64,000 nucleotides of DNA from assembly GCA_964547875.1 (NCBI GenBank), contig CAZJPE010000001.1:38535-102534 (forward strand). The letters are read 5' to 3'. Positions 49,174 to 57,826 of this stretch are shown piece after piece (position 1 is the first letter of the stretch; every line of letters starts with the position of its first letter). The notes below the pieces were generated by a model. The model was not told the DNA's origin and made no database searches. It was given only the letters and a program-made list of their open reading frames with translations. A program made the translations under genes and the position numbers. Origin of the DNA: Candidatus Woesearchaeota archaeon. Lineage in GTDB: Archaea; Nanobdellota; Nanobdellia; Pacearchaeales; GW2011-AR1.

Positions 49174-49400
49174 GTTTTATCCTCCTTTCATTTTTTATTT
49201 GAATAGAAATTGCTTTAAATAGTTTACGGAAATGTTGTTCACTTTATAGCTTAACATCTCTATAAGATTTTTTATTATTAATAGAAGTTCCTTTTAATTT
49301 CAAGATTCTCTATCATTATGAACCATTAACTATATTGTTTCATTAATTATCAAATGTAAACTATGTTAAGTTAGAAGGTTTACTTTACAGGAAACTCTAA

Positions 49401-49850
49401 TTAATATTTCCAATTATAATATCCTGCGAGAGTTTCGTAACGAGGCTCGTAGTAATATGATTTCGTGTAAGCGTTAAAATTGTTGTCGTAATCTCTATCA
49501 TAATAATTGTAAGGCATTTTATACCTCCAATTTGAATAAGAGGGATAGGAATATTTGTATAAAGGCGCTCTGGGATAAGGCCTGTAATAATAATCGCCAT
49601 AATATTGGTTATAATCTCTTTCTATAGTTGTTCTCCTTGTTGTTGAAAGATATATCTTTTCTCTTCCCCATGGGTAATAATTTGTATAGTATTCTTTGTC
49701 ATAGGAATATGATGTTTTTCTGTAATCGTCATCATAATTGCTGTAACCATAGCTATGAGGAGGATAGTAATAGGAATAGCCTGCTGATGCTAAATTAAGG
49801 GAAAATAGCGCTGTTAAGAGTATCACTGCAAAGAGATATTTTTTGCTCAT
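49401..49850 (-). CDS. Secreted, extremely tyrosine-rich low-complexity protein
   Basis: Signal peptide MSKKYLFAVILLTALFSLNLASA. The mature part is ~30% Tyr (YSYYYPPHSYGYSNYDDDY...), rich in D/R/N/P, no Cys. Confidence 0.5.
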   Translation of the reverse strand: MSKKYLFAVILLTALFSLNLASAGYSYYYPPHSYGYSNYDDDYRKTSYSYDKEYYTNYYPWGREKIYLSTTRRTTIERDYNQYYGDYYYRPYPRAPLYKYSYPSYSNWRYKMPYNYYDRDYDNNFNAYTKSYYYEPRYETLAGYYNWKY

Positions 49851-49946
49851 ATATTTTAGTATAAGTTTTTATATTTAAATCTTGTTTACTACTTTTTTTG
49901 ATGATATTTCAATAAAATTTAAATAAAAAGCTTTAAGCAAAATATT

Positions 49947-50207
49947 ATGTTTGATGAAAAAAGGAGAGAATATAGTTTTGAGGAAGTAACTGAAATAATT
50001 AATGTAAAAGAGAGATATAACAGAATGACGGATAGTTGTTTAAAAGTGATTGGTAGGAGTAATAATATTGATGGAGCATTTTTGGGTGAGATTTATACTT
50101 ATAGGAACGAATTAGGGAAATATCCTAAATTTTTCCCTTTATATAAGGAGCAATTTGAGCCAGTAGCTGATAGAGCAATAAATATCCTGAAGGAGAGAAA
50201 GAATTAG
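49947..50207 (+). CDS. Hypothetical protein
   Basis: ORF only. Confidence 0.35.
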   Translation: MFDEKRREYSFEEVTEIINVKERYNRMTDSCLKVIGRSNNIDGAFLGEIYTYRNELGKYPKFFPLYKEQFEPVADRAINILKERKN

Positions 50208-50235
50208 TTAGATTTATATAACAGAAATTGTATTA

Positions 50236-50460
50236 ATGAAAATGTTGAAAAGGAGCGTGACAATTGAGTTAGACGAGAGAGTTGTTTCAAGGCTTCAAAG
50301 GAGGGCAAAGCGAAATATGCTTTCTTTAAGGGAATTAATAGAAGATATTATAAGGAGAAGCGCTGTCTCTTCTGGCGGGGCATCCATCAGCGGGGATTCA
50401 GACGACGCTCTCGTAAGCATATTCAGCAGAAAAACTAAGGCAAGGAAAAAATGGCGATAG
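50236..50460 (+). CDS. Ribbon-helix-helix (CopG/Arc-like) DNA-binding protein
   Basis: KRSVTIELDERVVSRLQRRAKRNMLSLRELIEDII beta-strand plus two helices. Confidence 0.5.
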   Translation: MKMLKRSVTIELDERVVSRLQRRAKRNMLSLRELIEDIIRRSAVSSGGASISGDSDDALVSIFSRKTKARKKWR

Positions 50461-50732
50461 ATACGATTGTGATATCAGCGAGCCTTGGCGCATTAGGCGG
50501 GCTGACAAGAGGAATTGTAGGCTTGCTGAAAGCATTGTCCCTTAGGCGAAGAATTATATGGAATTACTGGCTTATTACAGTTGTTATAGCAACAATAATA
50601 GGAACATTTGTCGGCGTTGTTTTTGATTTTGATTATCGGCTTTCTTTGCTTTCTGGCTATGCAGGCTCGGATATATTAGAGGGAATTTACAAAAGCTTTA
50701 AAGTCCAAAAGGTTTATACAAAGCAGAAATAA
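50451..50732 (+). CDS. Small membrane protein (2-3 TM)
   Basis: Hydrophobic helices; overlaps the RHH gene end. Confidence 0.4.
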   Translation: MAIDTIVISASLGALGGLTRGIVGLLKALSLRRRIIWNYWLITVVIATIIGTFVGVVFDFDYRLSLLSGYAGSDILEGIYKSFKVQKVYTKQK

Positions 50733-51024
50733 ATGTTTTAAGCATAATAAAAATAAGGAGTAAAAATATAAGATAGCAGATATTATGCGTGGATGGGATA
50801 AGAAATTTAATTCTAAGAAGTAACTTCAATTTTATAGCAAAAGACTAAAATAATTTATCGGTTTGTCTTTTGCTACATCAAGAATAAAATTCTTGAGGCC
50901 ATCAAGAACAGAGTTCTTGAGGTATTCGAGAGAACAAAAAGCTTGGTTAATTATTTTGGTCTCTCTTTATAATCAAAAATTTTTATTAATAAGATTTAAA
51001 AACGCATTTACTTTTTATTTTCGT

Positions 51025-51096
51025 GCTCCAATAGTTTAGTGGCTAGAACATGCGCCTGTCACGCGCAAGGCCCGAGTTCGATTCTCGGTTGGGGCG
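51025..51096 (+). tRNA. tRNA-Asp (anticodon GTC), 72 nt, no encoded CCA
   Basis: Acceptor GCTCCAA/TTGGGGC (one G-U pair), D-arm GTTT-AGTGGCTA-GAAC, anticodon arm TGCGC-CTGTCAC-GCGCA, 4-nt variable, T-arm CCGAG-TTCGATT-CTCGG, discriminator G. Confidence 0.85.
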
Positions 51097-51131
51097 TAAT
51101 CCACCAGAACGGTTATTTGAAAGATTATTAT

Positions 51132-51374
51132 TCATTTTTCTTTTAACTTTAATTTTGCTTGAGTTGTGAATTCAAGCCATCGTTTATAATAATAAGTTAA
51201 TATTCCTGGAATTCCTCCGATATACAAAAATATCTTCGAAAAGGTGTTTTGTGTATTCATAAAGGCATCTATAATTGCGCCAACACTAAACATACCTATT
51301 AAGATTACTGCAGGAGCAGCAAAGAAATAAAATATTAACTCTCTAATTCCTTCTTGATATTCGTGTTCTTTCAT
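51132..51374 (-). CDS. Small membrane protein
   Basis: 80 aa, two TM helices. Confidence 0.35.
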   Translation of the reverse strand: MKEHEYQEGIRELIFYFFAAPAVILIGMFSVGAIIDAFMNTQNTFSKIFLYIGGIPGILTYYYKRWLEFTTQAKLKLKEK

Positions 51375-51673
51375 TTTTTTTCATCTCTGGGCTTTTCTAT
51401 TTTTATTATTTTAAATAAATTGTTATTGTCCATTCTTTTAAGTTCTGGCGTTGGTTCCCATACAATTATAGGATTGTCTGTATTCTTTCCAAGCATAAAA
51501 GGCTTTACTAAGCCAGCTTCTTGAAATTCATTAATTATCCTTTCTGTCATATGATTATTAGTTTCTAAAGCATTTGTTATTTGACTACCAGTTACTGGTG
51601 AGCCAGCATTTACAATAAAATCCTTTGCTTCTTTTCTTAATCTAAACCTTTCGTCATTTTCAATCATTGGCAT
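51371..51673 (-). CDS. Hypothetical protein with possible winged-helix
   Basis: GSPVTGSQITNALETNNHMTERIINEFQEAGLVK HTH-like segment. Confidence 0.4.
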   Translation of the reverse strand: MPMIENDERFRLRKEAKDFIVNAGSPVTGSQITNALETNNHMTERIINEFQEAGLVKPFMLGKNTDNPIIVWEPTPELKRMDNNNLFKIIKIEKPRDEKK

Positions 51674-51722
51674 AGAAATAAGAGATAAATTTAGTTTAAA
51701 TGTTTTTGGATAATGTCCAAAA

Positions 51723-52679
51723 TTAGATTTTACTTCTCCAATTTATAGGGCAACTTATTTCTGGTAAGTCAGAATATTCTTGTTTCCAAATCTCGTCGCA
51801 TAAATTATCTGTGGATGAATCATTATAAACACATATATTTAATTTGTAACATTTATTCTCCTTCTCAAAGGCGCATCCTGGGCAATCTAATAGAAGAGTA
51901 AACGTCCTTAACCCATTTTTAATTTCTCTTCTTCCTTCTTCACATCTTTCATATACGGTGTCAAAATCATCTCCATAACTACTACAATTTTGATGCCATA
52001 AATATAATTGAATAAAACCATGACTAAGTGGGTTCAGGCTAAATTCTTCGTAACCTTTACGTGCTTTGTAAGTTTTATCTTCATCTATGATGTAAAAATT
52101 CATATATCCTGTTGGTCTTTGTCCATTGTTTACAACTTTAAAATTCAAAGTATTATCTCTATGATTAAAACTCCCGTCTTGATTGTGTTGAATTGAGGCT
52201 AAATGAAAAGTGGCGCGGGCATAACCATTTGTTAGAGCTACTTCTATGTTAGGACTAATTGTCGGACTACTTTCTTTTTGCAGATTAAAGATTTGATAAT
52301 TAAAAAATATTGTAGTAACAAGGCTAATAACAGCTACGATAGCCATTACTATTGTAGCCAACTTCGTTGTTTCATTTCTTTTTCTATTGGTCTCTATAAG
52401 CTTAAGTTTAGTTAAGTAATCTATTCCTTTCGGAGTAATTGTTATCTCATCTATTCCCATTAGCCACGAATCTAATTTGTATCTTCCAGTTGGAGCTATA
52501 CGGCTTTCTGGAAGTACAATATCAATTTTTCCTGTATCTTTTAAATATCTAAGAATCTGAGAAAATTCTCCATCAAGAGAATGTAATCCTACTTCTTTTC
52601 TCAATTTTTCTGCATAATAAAATTTAGGATATGCTACTTCCAATAGCTTTAAAATTTTAATAATGGATTTTCTATCCAT
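51723..52679 (-). CDS. Membrane protein with N-terminal wHTH-like domain, one TM and a Cys-containing extracytoplasmic domain
   Basis: N-terminal IIKILKLLEVAYPKFYYAEKLRKEVG...LRYLKDTGKI; TM LATIVMAIVAVISLVTTIFF. Confidence 0.45.
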   Translation of the reverse strand: MDRKSIIKILKLLEVAYPKFYYAEKLRKEVGLHSLDGEFSQILRYLKDTGKIDIVLPESRIAPTGRYKLDSWLMGIDEITITPKGIDYLTKLKLIETNRKRNETTKLATIVMAIVAVISLVTTIFFNYQIFNLQKESSPTISPNIEVALTNGYARATFHLASIQHNQDGSFNHRDNTLNFKVVNNGQRPTGYMNFYIIDEDKTYKARKGYEEFSLNPLSHGFIQLYLWHQNCSSYGDDFDTVYERCEEGRREIKNGLRTFTLLLDCPGCAFEKENKCYKLNICVYNDSSTDNLCDEIWKQEYSDLPEISCPINWRSKI

Positions 52680-52719
52680 AAAATTTAAAATAAATAAAGG
52701 TATAAAAATTTATAGTAAT

Positions 52720-52959
52720 TTAACGCTTTACATAGTGTCTAAACCTATCATCTTCTGGATTTATACATTTGACAAAGCCTATTTTCTCTAATATTAATAA
52801 AACTCTGCTTATAGAACTTCTATGTTTATTTAATTCCTTAGCTAATTCTGTTGCTGTTTTTGGCCTATCTAAAGCTTCTAAAATTACTCTTCTAAGTTTG
52901 CCTTTCTTGAGAAATATCTCTTTCTTTAATTCTTTTTTCATAAAGAAATAGCGTAACAA
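52720..52959 (-). CDS. ArsR/HTH-type small transcriptional regulator
   Basis: RRVILEALDRPKTATELAKELNKHRSSISRVLLILEKIGFV winged-helix. Confidence 0.55.
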   Translation of the reverse strand: MLRYFFMKKELKKEIFLKKGKLRRVILEALDRPKTATELAKELNKHRSSISRVLLILEKIGFVKCINPEDDRFRHYVKR

Positions 52960-53021
52960 TAATTTAAAGGCGAGAGTAACTTTAGCGTAACATTTTTATA
53001 TTATAAAAATTTGGTTAATTC

Positions 53022-53498
53022 ATGGAAAAACAAGAATCTTGGTTTAACAGGCATCCGATATTGACAACTATCTTAATAATTTTTGCATTGCTAATTATTT
53101 ACTCAGTAATTCGAAGTGATAATAATGAGTCACATACTGATAAAAGTGCAAATATAGAAGATGTGAACCAACAAGATAATACACAAAGTAATTCTTTAGC
53201 TACATGGCATGAAATAAAGAGATTTGAGGGTAGTGGGATAAAAGATACCGATACATTTAACATCCCTTTAAATGAATGGAGAATTTCTTGGGATACTAAG
53301 CCTCGTGAAGATGTATATGGAACCTGGCCTTCAAATTTCGCTATATATGTTTATAGCGATGATGGGCAATTAGTAGATGTGGTTGCGAATGTTGTCGGTT
53401 ATAGTAAAGATTCTACAATTATGAGAGGTGCTGGGAATTATTATCTAGGGATTAATAGCGGCCAACCATATATAATATTAATAGAAGCTAAATATTAA
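53022..53498 (+). CDS. Secreted/anchored hypothetical protein
   Basis: N-terminal TM ILTTILIIFALLIIYSVI. Confidence 0.4.
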   Translation: MEKQESWFNRHPILTTILIIFALLIIYSVIRSDNNESHTDKSANIEDVNQQDNTQSNSLATWHEIKRFEGSGIKDTDTFNIPLNEWRISWDTKPREDVYGTWPSNFAIYVYSDDGQLVDVVANVVGYSKDSTIMRGAGNYYLGINSGQPYIILIEAKY

Positions 53499-53532
53499 AT
53501 ATTAATTTTCAATTAAAGATATTTCGCTCCAT

Positions 53533-54606
53533 CTATATTTCATTTTTCTCGCGCATATAATCTATTCCTTCCCTTAAACTTACATTTATTCCATCATTTT
53601 CAAATAAACCACGAATTATTTTACCATCATGTCTAAAATGGCTGTTATCATGGGCAATATCTCCAGAATTTTCATTAAAAGAGTAATATAATAATAAGCT
53701 TTCATCATGTATATTTCCAAGCGGACTATTATCTGTATATCTCCCAGTAGTAAATAGAGAAGAAACTTCTGCATCATTTAATGAGGCGTTATAAATTCTG
53801 AATTCGTCTAAACTGCCTGGAACAGTTTGTTCTGTTTCAGTGTTCCAATCCCCAATTTTACCAGGATTAATAGCTCCCACAGCCAAGAAATTTTCAAAAT
53901 CATGAAAGTCATAAAATTCCATTCTTCTGTTTTTTCTTATAACAGCGCTATCAATTGGCTGTTTTTTACCATCTATATATATTGCAAGATAGCCCAAATT
54001 TGGTTTTGCGGTAAGAACAATGTGGTGCCATTCTCCATCTGAAATATTAATATGGCCATGCGTAGCGCCCCTTAATTCACTTCCAAATTCATCTCTTAGA
54101 TTAAAAGCAATATAATTTGTTGTCTGTCCAGTATAATCAATATGCGCGCTCACATTATCGTTTAAATATGCAGAGAACATAGTATCCGTGTCATCACCAT
54201 TTTGTGTTCCAAACGGAGTCCAAACTTCTGTTGTATTTGTCGAATTAACCCAAAAAGAAACAGTAATATTTGTAGATTCTAAATTACTTCCTAAACCTTC
54301 TATAAGTCCTGCATTAATATGCGTCTTAAAATCTCCATCAAGAAATATCCATGTTTGATTTTTCGCAATCAATTCAAAACCGCCCTCATAGAATTTAGTA
54401 AGATTATTTATTATTGCCTCTTTATAAAGAATTTTTTCTCCGTTTTCTTTAATAAAATAGATTTTAATTTTATTTATATCTTTTTCATTTTCGCCATTTT
54501 CTGAAACAGAAAAACCAGTGATTTTACTTTTTAAAAAGAGAATAATAAACCCTACTAATATTAAAATCATTAGGATTATTGTAATTAAATAGAATCTTTT
54601 ATTCAT
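53533..54606 (-). CDS. Signal-anchored LamG/ConA-like domain protein, last gene downstream of the toxin array
   Basis: N-terminal TM; HGHINISDGEWHHIVLTAKPNLGYLAIYIDGKKQ...GSLDEFRIYNASLNDAEVSSLF LamG pattern. Confidence 0.6.
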   Translation of the reverse strand: MNKRFYLITIILMILILVGFIILFLKSKITGFSVSENGENEKDINKIKIYFIKENGEKILYKEAIINNLTKFYEGGFELIAKNQTWIFLDGDFKTHINAGLIEGLGSNLESTNITVSFWVNSTNTTEVWTPFGTQNGDDTDTMFSAYLNDNVSAHIDYTGQTTNYIAFNLRDEFGSELRGATHGHINISDGEWHHIVLTAKPNLGYLAIYIDGKKQPIDSAVIRKNRRMEFYDFHDFENFLAVGAINPGKIGDWNTETEQTVPGSLDEFRIYNASLNDAEVSSLFTTGRYTDNSPLGNIHDESLLLYYSFNENSGDIAHDNSHFRHDGKIIRGLFENDGINVSLREGIDYMREKNEI

Positions 54607-54808
54607 TTTCCAAATAAATTATTTAGATTTATATATTCTTTGTCTTTTTCACAGATATTATATTCTAATGTTTATAGCAATTATATTAAGATTTTCATAA
54701 TCTAAAGAATATTTTTAAGTAGAGTTCGTCATTATAATTATCTTCTAATAAAAGAGGTGTTTAGATAAATTCATTATCTTTTTGATTTATTAGGGTTTGC
54801 ATTTTGAA

Positions 54809-55366
54809 TTAATCAATAATTAAAAAGTAAAAAATTATAGAAAGTAATATAAAAATAATTAATGGAATAATTATATAATATTTTAGCCTTGTTTTAGACA
54901 ATTTAATTAAATAAGCTCCTAAGAAAATTAAGAACAGGGGAGATAGTAAGGGCATCAAAAAGATTTGAGAATAATATAATATTCCTAATATTCCAGATAA
55001 AGGACGAAGAATGATTGGCTCAAAATAAATAATTGAGAAAAGAAAAAGAATAATAACTCCAGAAATTAGCGAAGTGATTCCCATGTGTTTTAATGATTTT
55101 TCTTCTCTTTCTTCAAATTTTATATTAGCTTTAAATTTAATAAATAAGAAAAATGTTATTATAGGTATGCTAGTTATTAGTAAATTCAAAAAATACCATT
55201 CAAATCCGCCCTCATGAGAGATTGAATTGATCCAAATAAAAAAATGTAGCATTCCAAATACTATACTCGTTATTAATAAAATCCAATATCTTATTCTAGG
55301 TAATTTTCTCTTTGGCTTAGCCATCTTAGTGCTTAGATTATTTTTATTTTTATCTCCATTTATCAT
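54809..55366 (-). CDS. Multi-TM membrane protein, candidate immunity protein for toxin 55369-56343
   Basis: 185 aa, 5-6 hydrophobic helices; starts 3 nt after the toxin stop. Confidence 0.5.
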   Translation of the reverse strand: MINGDKNKNNLSTKMAKPKRKLPRIRYWILLITSIVFGMLHFFIWINSISHEGGFEWYFLNLLITSIPIITFFLFIKFKANIKFEEREEKSLKHMGITSLISGVIILFLFSIIYFEPIILRPLSGILGILYYSQIFLMPLLSPLFLIFLGAYLIKLSKTRLKYYIIIPLIIFILLSIIFYFLIID

Positions 55367-55368
55367 CT

Positions 55369-56343
55369 TTATTTCCTACCTTCATAGGCATATATGACTC
55401 CGTCTGGCCCGGGATCTTCAGTTTTACTATAAGGTTTAGAAAACCAAGAACTAATCTGTTCTAAATATGAGTTTTTTGATAAAGAATCTATTGGTTTTGC
55501 TTCGCTATTTTCACTACTGGATTTTTCAAGCTCATCTCCAATATATTCAATTATATTGTTTTTCGTTGTTTTAATATTTTCACGTTTGAAATCAAAAATT
55601 AAATGTTTTATATGCTCCTTCTTTGTTGTTCCCCAATCAGGTCCTCCTTGATGTATTGTATCTCCAAAAACATGCAAATATCTTCCTGCTCCGTTGTCTC
55701 CTCTTCGATATGCTTGAACAAATTTCTGTGCATTTTGCCGGAGTATATTTTCCATATTTTCATTACTAATATCAGAAGCAAGGTGAAAGAATCTATGATT
55801 TTCAGTTTCGGTGTACGAGCGCAAAGGAGGAATGTCTGGTGTAATGGAATCCCATGCTAGTTTAAGCGACTCAATTCTTCCAAATCCCAGTTCTCTACTA
55901 GCGCCATATGTCCCTATAAAATGTATGTCAACTGTTGATTTTCCTGTCGGGTCTGTATATCTATACGGATTATTAAGCACATAAGAATAACAATTCAATG
56001 CCTGAGGATTATAAATATCTGGCTTGATTGTATCACATTGTGTAAACAACTTGATAAATGAACTATAATACCTCGCACCTAAATAATCTAAATCAACTAA
56101 CTTATCTCTCTCCTTGCCAGCAAACAAAAATCTACTTAATTCCAATCCAGAATAAATCTCTCCAAACGGCAAATAAAACTCTTCCTCAACAACATCTCCT
56201 GTCTGATTTGTAACTAATGTTGTGCTGCCTAAATGGTCATCATGATAAAATGTCTTTGCGCCTGAATTGTCTTTCTTCGCAATTAATTTATCATTCGCAT
56301 AATAATATGTTTCATTGAGGATAGTTCCGCTCATTATTTTCAT
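55369..56343 (-). CDS. Orphan RHS-tip toxin module (starts directly at the conserved tip, no N-terminal domain) with a C-terminal toxin domain of unknown activity
   Basis: MKIMS-GTILNETYYYANDKLIAKKDNSGAKTFYHDDHLGSTTLVTNQTGDVVEEEFYLPFGE...DLDYLGARYY...ALNCYSYVLNNPYRYTDPTGK is the RHS repeat-associated core ending; tail KPYSKTEDPGPDGVIYAYEGRK. Confidence 0.7.
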   Translation of the reverse strand: MKIMSGTILNETYYYANDKLIAKKDNSGAKTFYHDDHLGSTTLVTNQTGDVVEEEFYLPFGEIYSGLELSRFLFAGKERDKLVDLDYLGARYYSSFIKLFTQCDTIKPDIYNPQALNCYSYVLNNPYRYTDPTGKSTVDIHFIGTYGASRELGFGRIESLKLAWDSITPDIPPLRSYTETENHRFFHLASDISNENMENILRQNAQKFVQAYRRGDNGAGRYLHVFGDTIHQGGPDWGTTKKEHIKHLIFDFKRENIKTTKNNIIEYIGDELEKSSSENSEAKPIDSLSKNSYLEQISSWFSKPYSKTEDPGPDGVIYAYEGRK

Positions 56344-56352
56344 TTTAGGGTT

Positions 56353-56709
56353 TTATTTTTCATCAACTAATTTTTCTTTCTCTAATATTTCTTTTAATTC
56401 CTTCTTTAATATTGGAATATCTTCATTAATTGTCTTCCAAATTATCCCAATATCAACACCAAAATAATGATGTATCATTTTATCCCTCATCCCTACTATT
56501 TTCTTCCATTCAATATTTTTATATTTATCAATAAATTCCGATGTTAGATTTTTAGCTGCTTCGCCTATTACTTCTATTCTCCTTATAGTAGCGTCCAATA
56601 TATCTCTATTATTCTCAAAATCTCTCTTTGAAAGATTCTTTATAGATTTTTCAATAAGGGTTATATTATCAAGTATATGACTAATAAATACTAAAGGATT
56701 CTTTCTCAT
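56353..56709 (-). CDS. HepT-like (DUF86) toxin of a HepT/MNT module
   Basis: RDKMIHHY gives the Rx4HxY catalytic motif; 118 aa. Confidence 0.8.
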   Translation of the reverse strand: MRKNPLVFISHILDNITLIEKSIKNLSKRDFENNRDILDATIRRIEVIGEAAKNLTSEFIDKYKNIEWKKIVGMRDKMIHHYFGVDIGIIWKTINEDIPILKKELKEILEKEKLVDEK

Positions 56710-56987
56710 ATTATCCTAATTTCCTCTTTAAGTATAGATTTCCTTAATAATGGATTTATTCCTTTATAAGTAAGCAAATCTACTTTTTTCTTTAGTTTTC
56801 TATTTAGTTCCATTTCTAATTCTATCAAACTCAATAAGCCTCCATTGAATTCTATTAAAATATCAATATCGCTATTTTTTTTAGCCTCGCCCCTTGCATA
56901 ACTGCCAAAAATTCCTGCCTTAGGTATATGATATTTTTTTAAGGTGCCTTTAATTTTTGATTTTATCTTGCTTATTTCATTTACCAT
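56706..56987 (-). CDS. MNT minimal nucleotidyltransferase antitoxin
   Basis: GIFGSYARGEAKKNSDIDILIEF = GSxxRG...DxD nucleotidyltransferase motif; 4-nt overlap with HepT. Confidence 0.8.
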   Translation of the reverse strand: MVNEISKIKSKIKGTLKKYHIPKAGIFGSYARGEAKKNSDIDILIEFNGGLLSLIELEMELNRKLKKKVDLLTYKGINPLLRKSILKEEIRII

Positions 56988-57074
56988 ATTATCCTATGAA
57001 ATTGATATTTTTTATATCTTTGGGATTTCCCATCAGGTTGTATAAACCTAAATAAAGTAGAAGGCTCATAATAT

Positions 57075-57554
57075 CTAATTTCCAGAATTATCTTTCTTTG
57101 CAACTAATTTACCATTTGCGTAATAATAAGTTTCATTTAATATTGTTCCATTGCTGTAACGAACTTGAATGAAATTGTCACTTATCTTATTTCTAAAATC
57201 AACAAATTCATCATAGATTATGTTTCTAAATCCAAAATCATAATTTTCATTATGAAATATAAAATGCAAAGAAATTCCTTGATTTAACCAATAGATATTT
57301 TGTTCTTCGTCATAAATGTAACCACTATCAAAATTTTTATCAGAATTATTTAATCCATAAATTGAGAATGTCAAACATTCTCCTAAAATATTATTTGTTA
57401 AATTATTTGAATGACAGATTATAGTGGATTGTGAATAGAAGTCTATTGTGTCGTTCCTTTCAGAGTTCTCTATGTTGTTTTGGGCAAGTGAGAGATTTAA
57501 TAATATGAGAATTAGGAAAATTGCTAAAATTATTTTTGGTAGATTAATATTCAT
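57075..57554 (-). pseudogene. Truncated toxin gene: Sec signal peptide plus N-terminal domain, ending 20 residues into the RHS-tip motif
   Basis: MNINLPKIILAIFLILILLNLSLA signal; ends ISDNFIQVRYSNGTILNETYYYANGKLVAKKDNSGN then stop, i.e. the same tip segment other array members continue through. Confidence 0.55.
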
Positions 57555-57559
57555 TTTTA

Positions 57560-57823
57560 TTATATAATCATTAAAATTATTATTGCTATAATGATGAGAG
57601 ATATGCCTATTCCTGTAGCAGAATTTTTACTTGTTGGTGCGCCCCTAATCCATGCTTTTTTAGTTTTTATAGATTTTACGCCTCCATGTAAAAGCCATAC
57701 GCCAAATAATATTAAGATAATACTATATAAATTAACTTCTTTAAAAGAATAAGATTTTATGAATCCAATTATAAAATATATTAAGTCATATAACCAAATA
57801 AAATTACTTTTCTTTTTCACCAA
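57560..57823 (-). CDS. Small 2-TM membrane protein, candidate immunity for toxin 57827-59182 (non-ATG start)
   Basis: 87 aa; two TM helices; no ATG available near the start (TTG/GTG); starts 3 nt after the toxin stop. Confidence 0.45.
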   Translation of the reverse strand: MVKKKSNFIWLYDLIYFIIGFIKSYSFKEVNLYSIILILFGVWLLHGGVKSIKTKKAWIRGAPTSKNSATGIGISLIIIAIIILMII

Positions 57824-57826
57824 TTT

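Noticed and set aside
55369-57554. Simple gene-split model: the HepT/MNT insertion created a target-site duplication of the tip segment
   Set aside because: The two copies of the 70-nt segment differ at about 14 mostly synonymous positions, so they are old, distinct cassettes rather than a fresh duplication.
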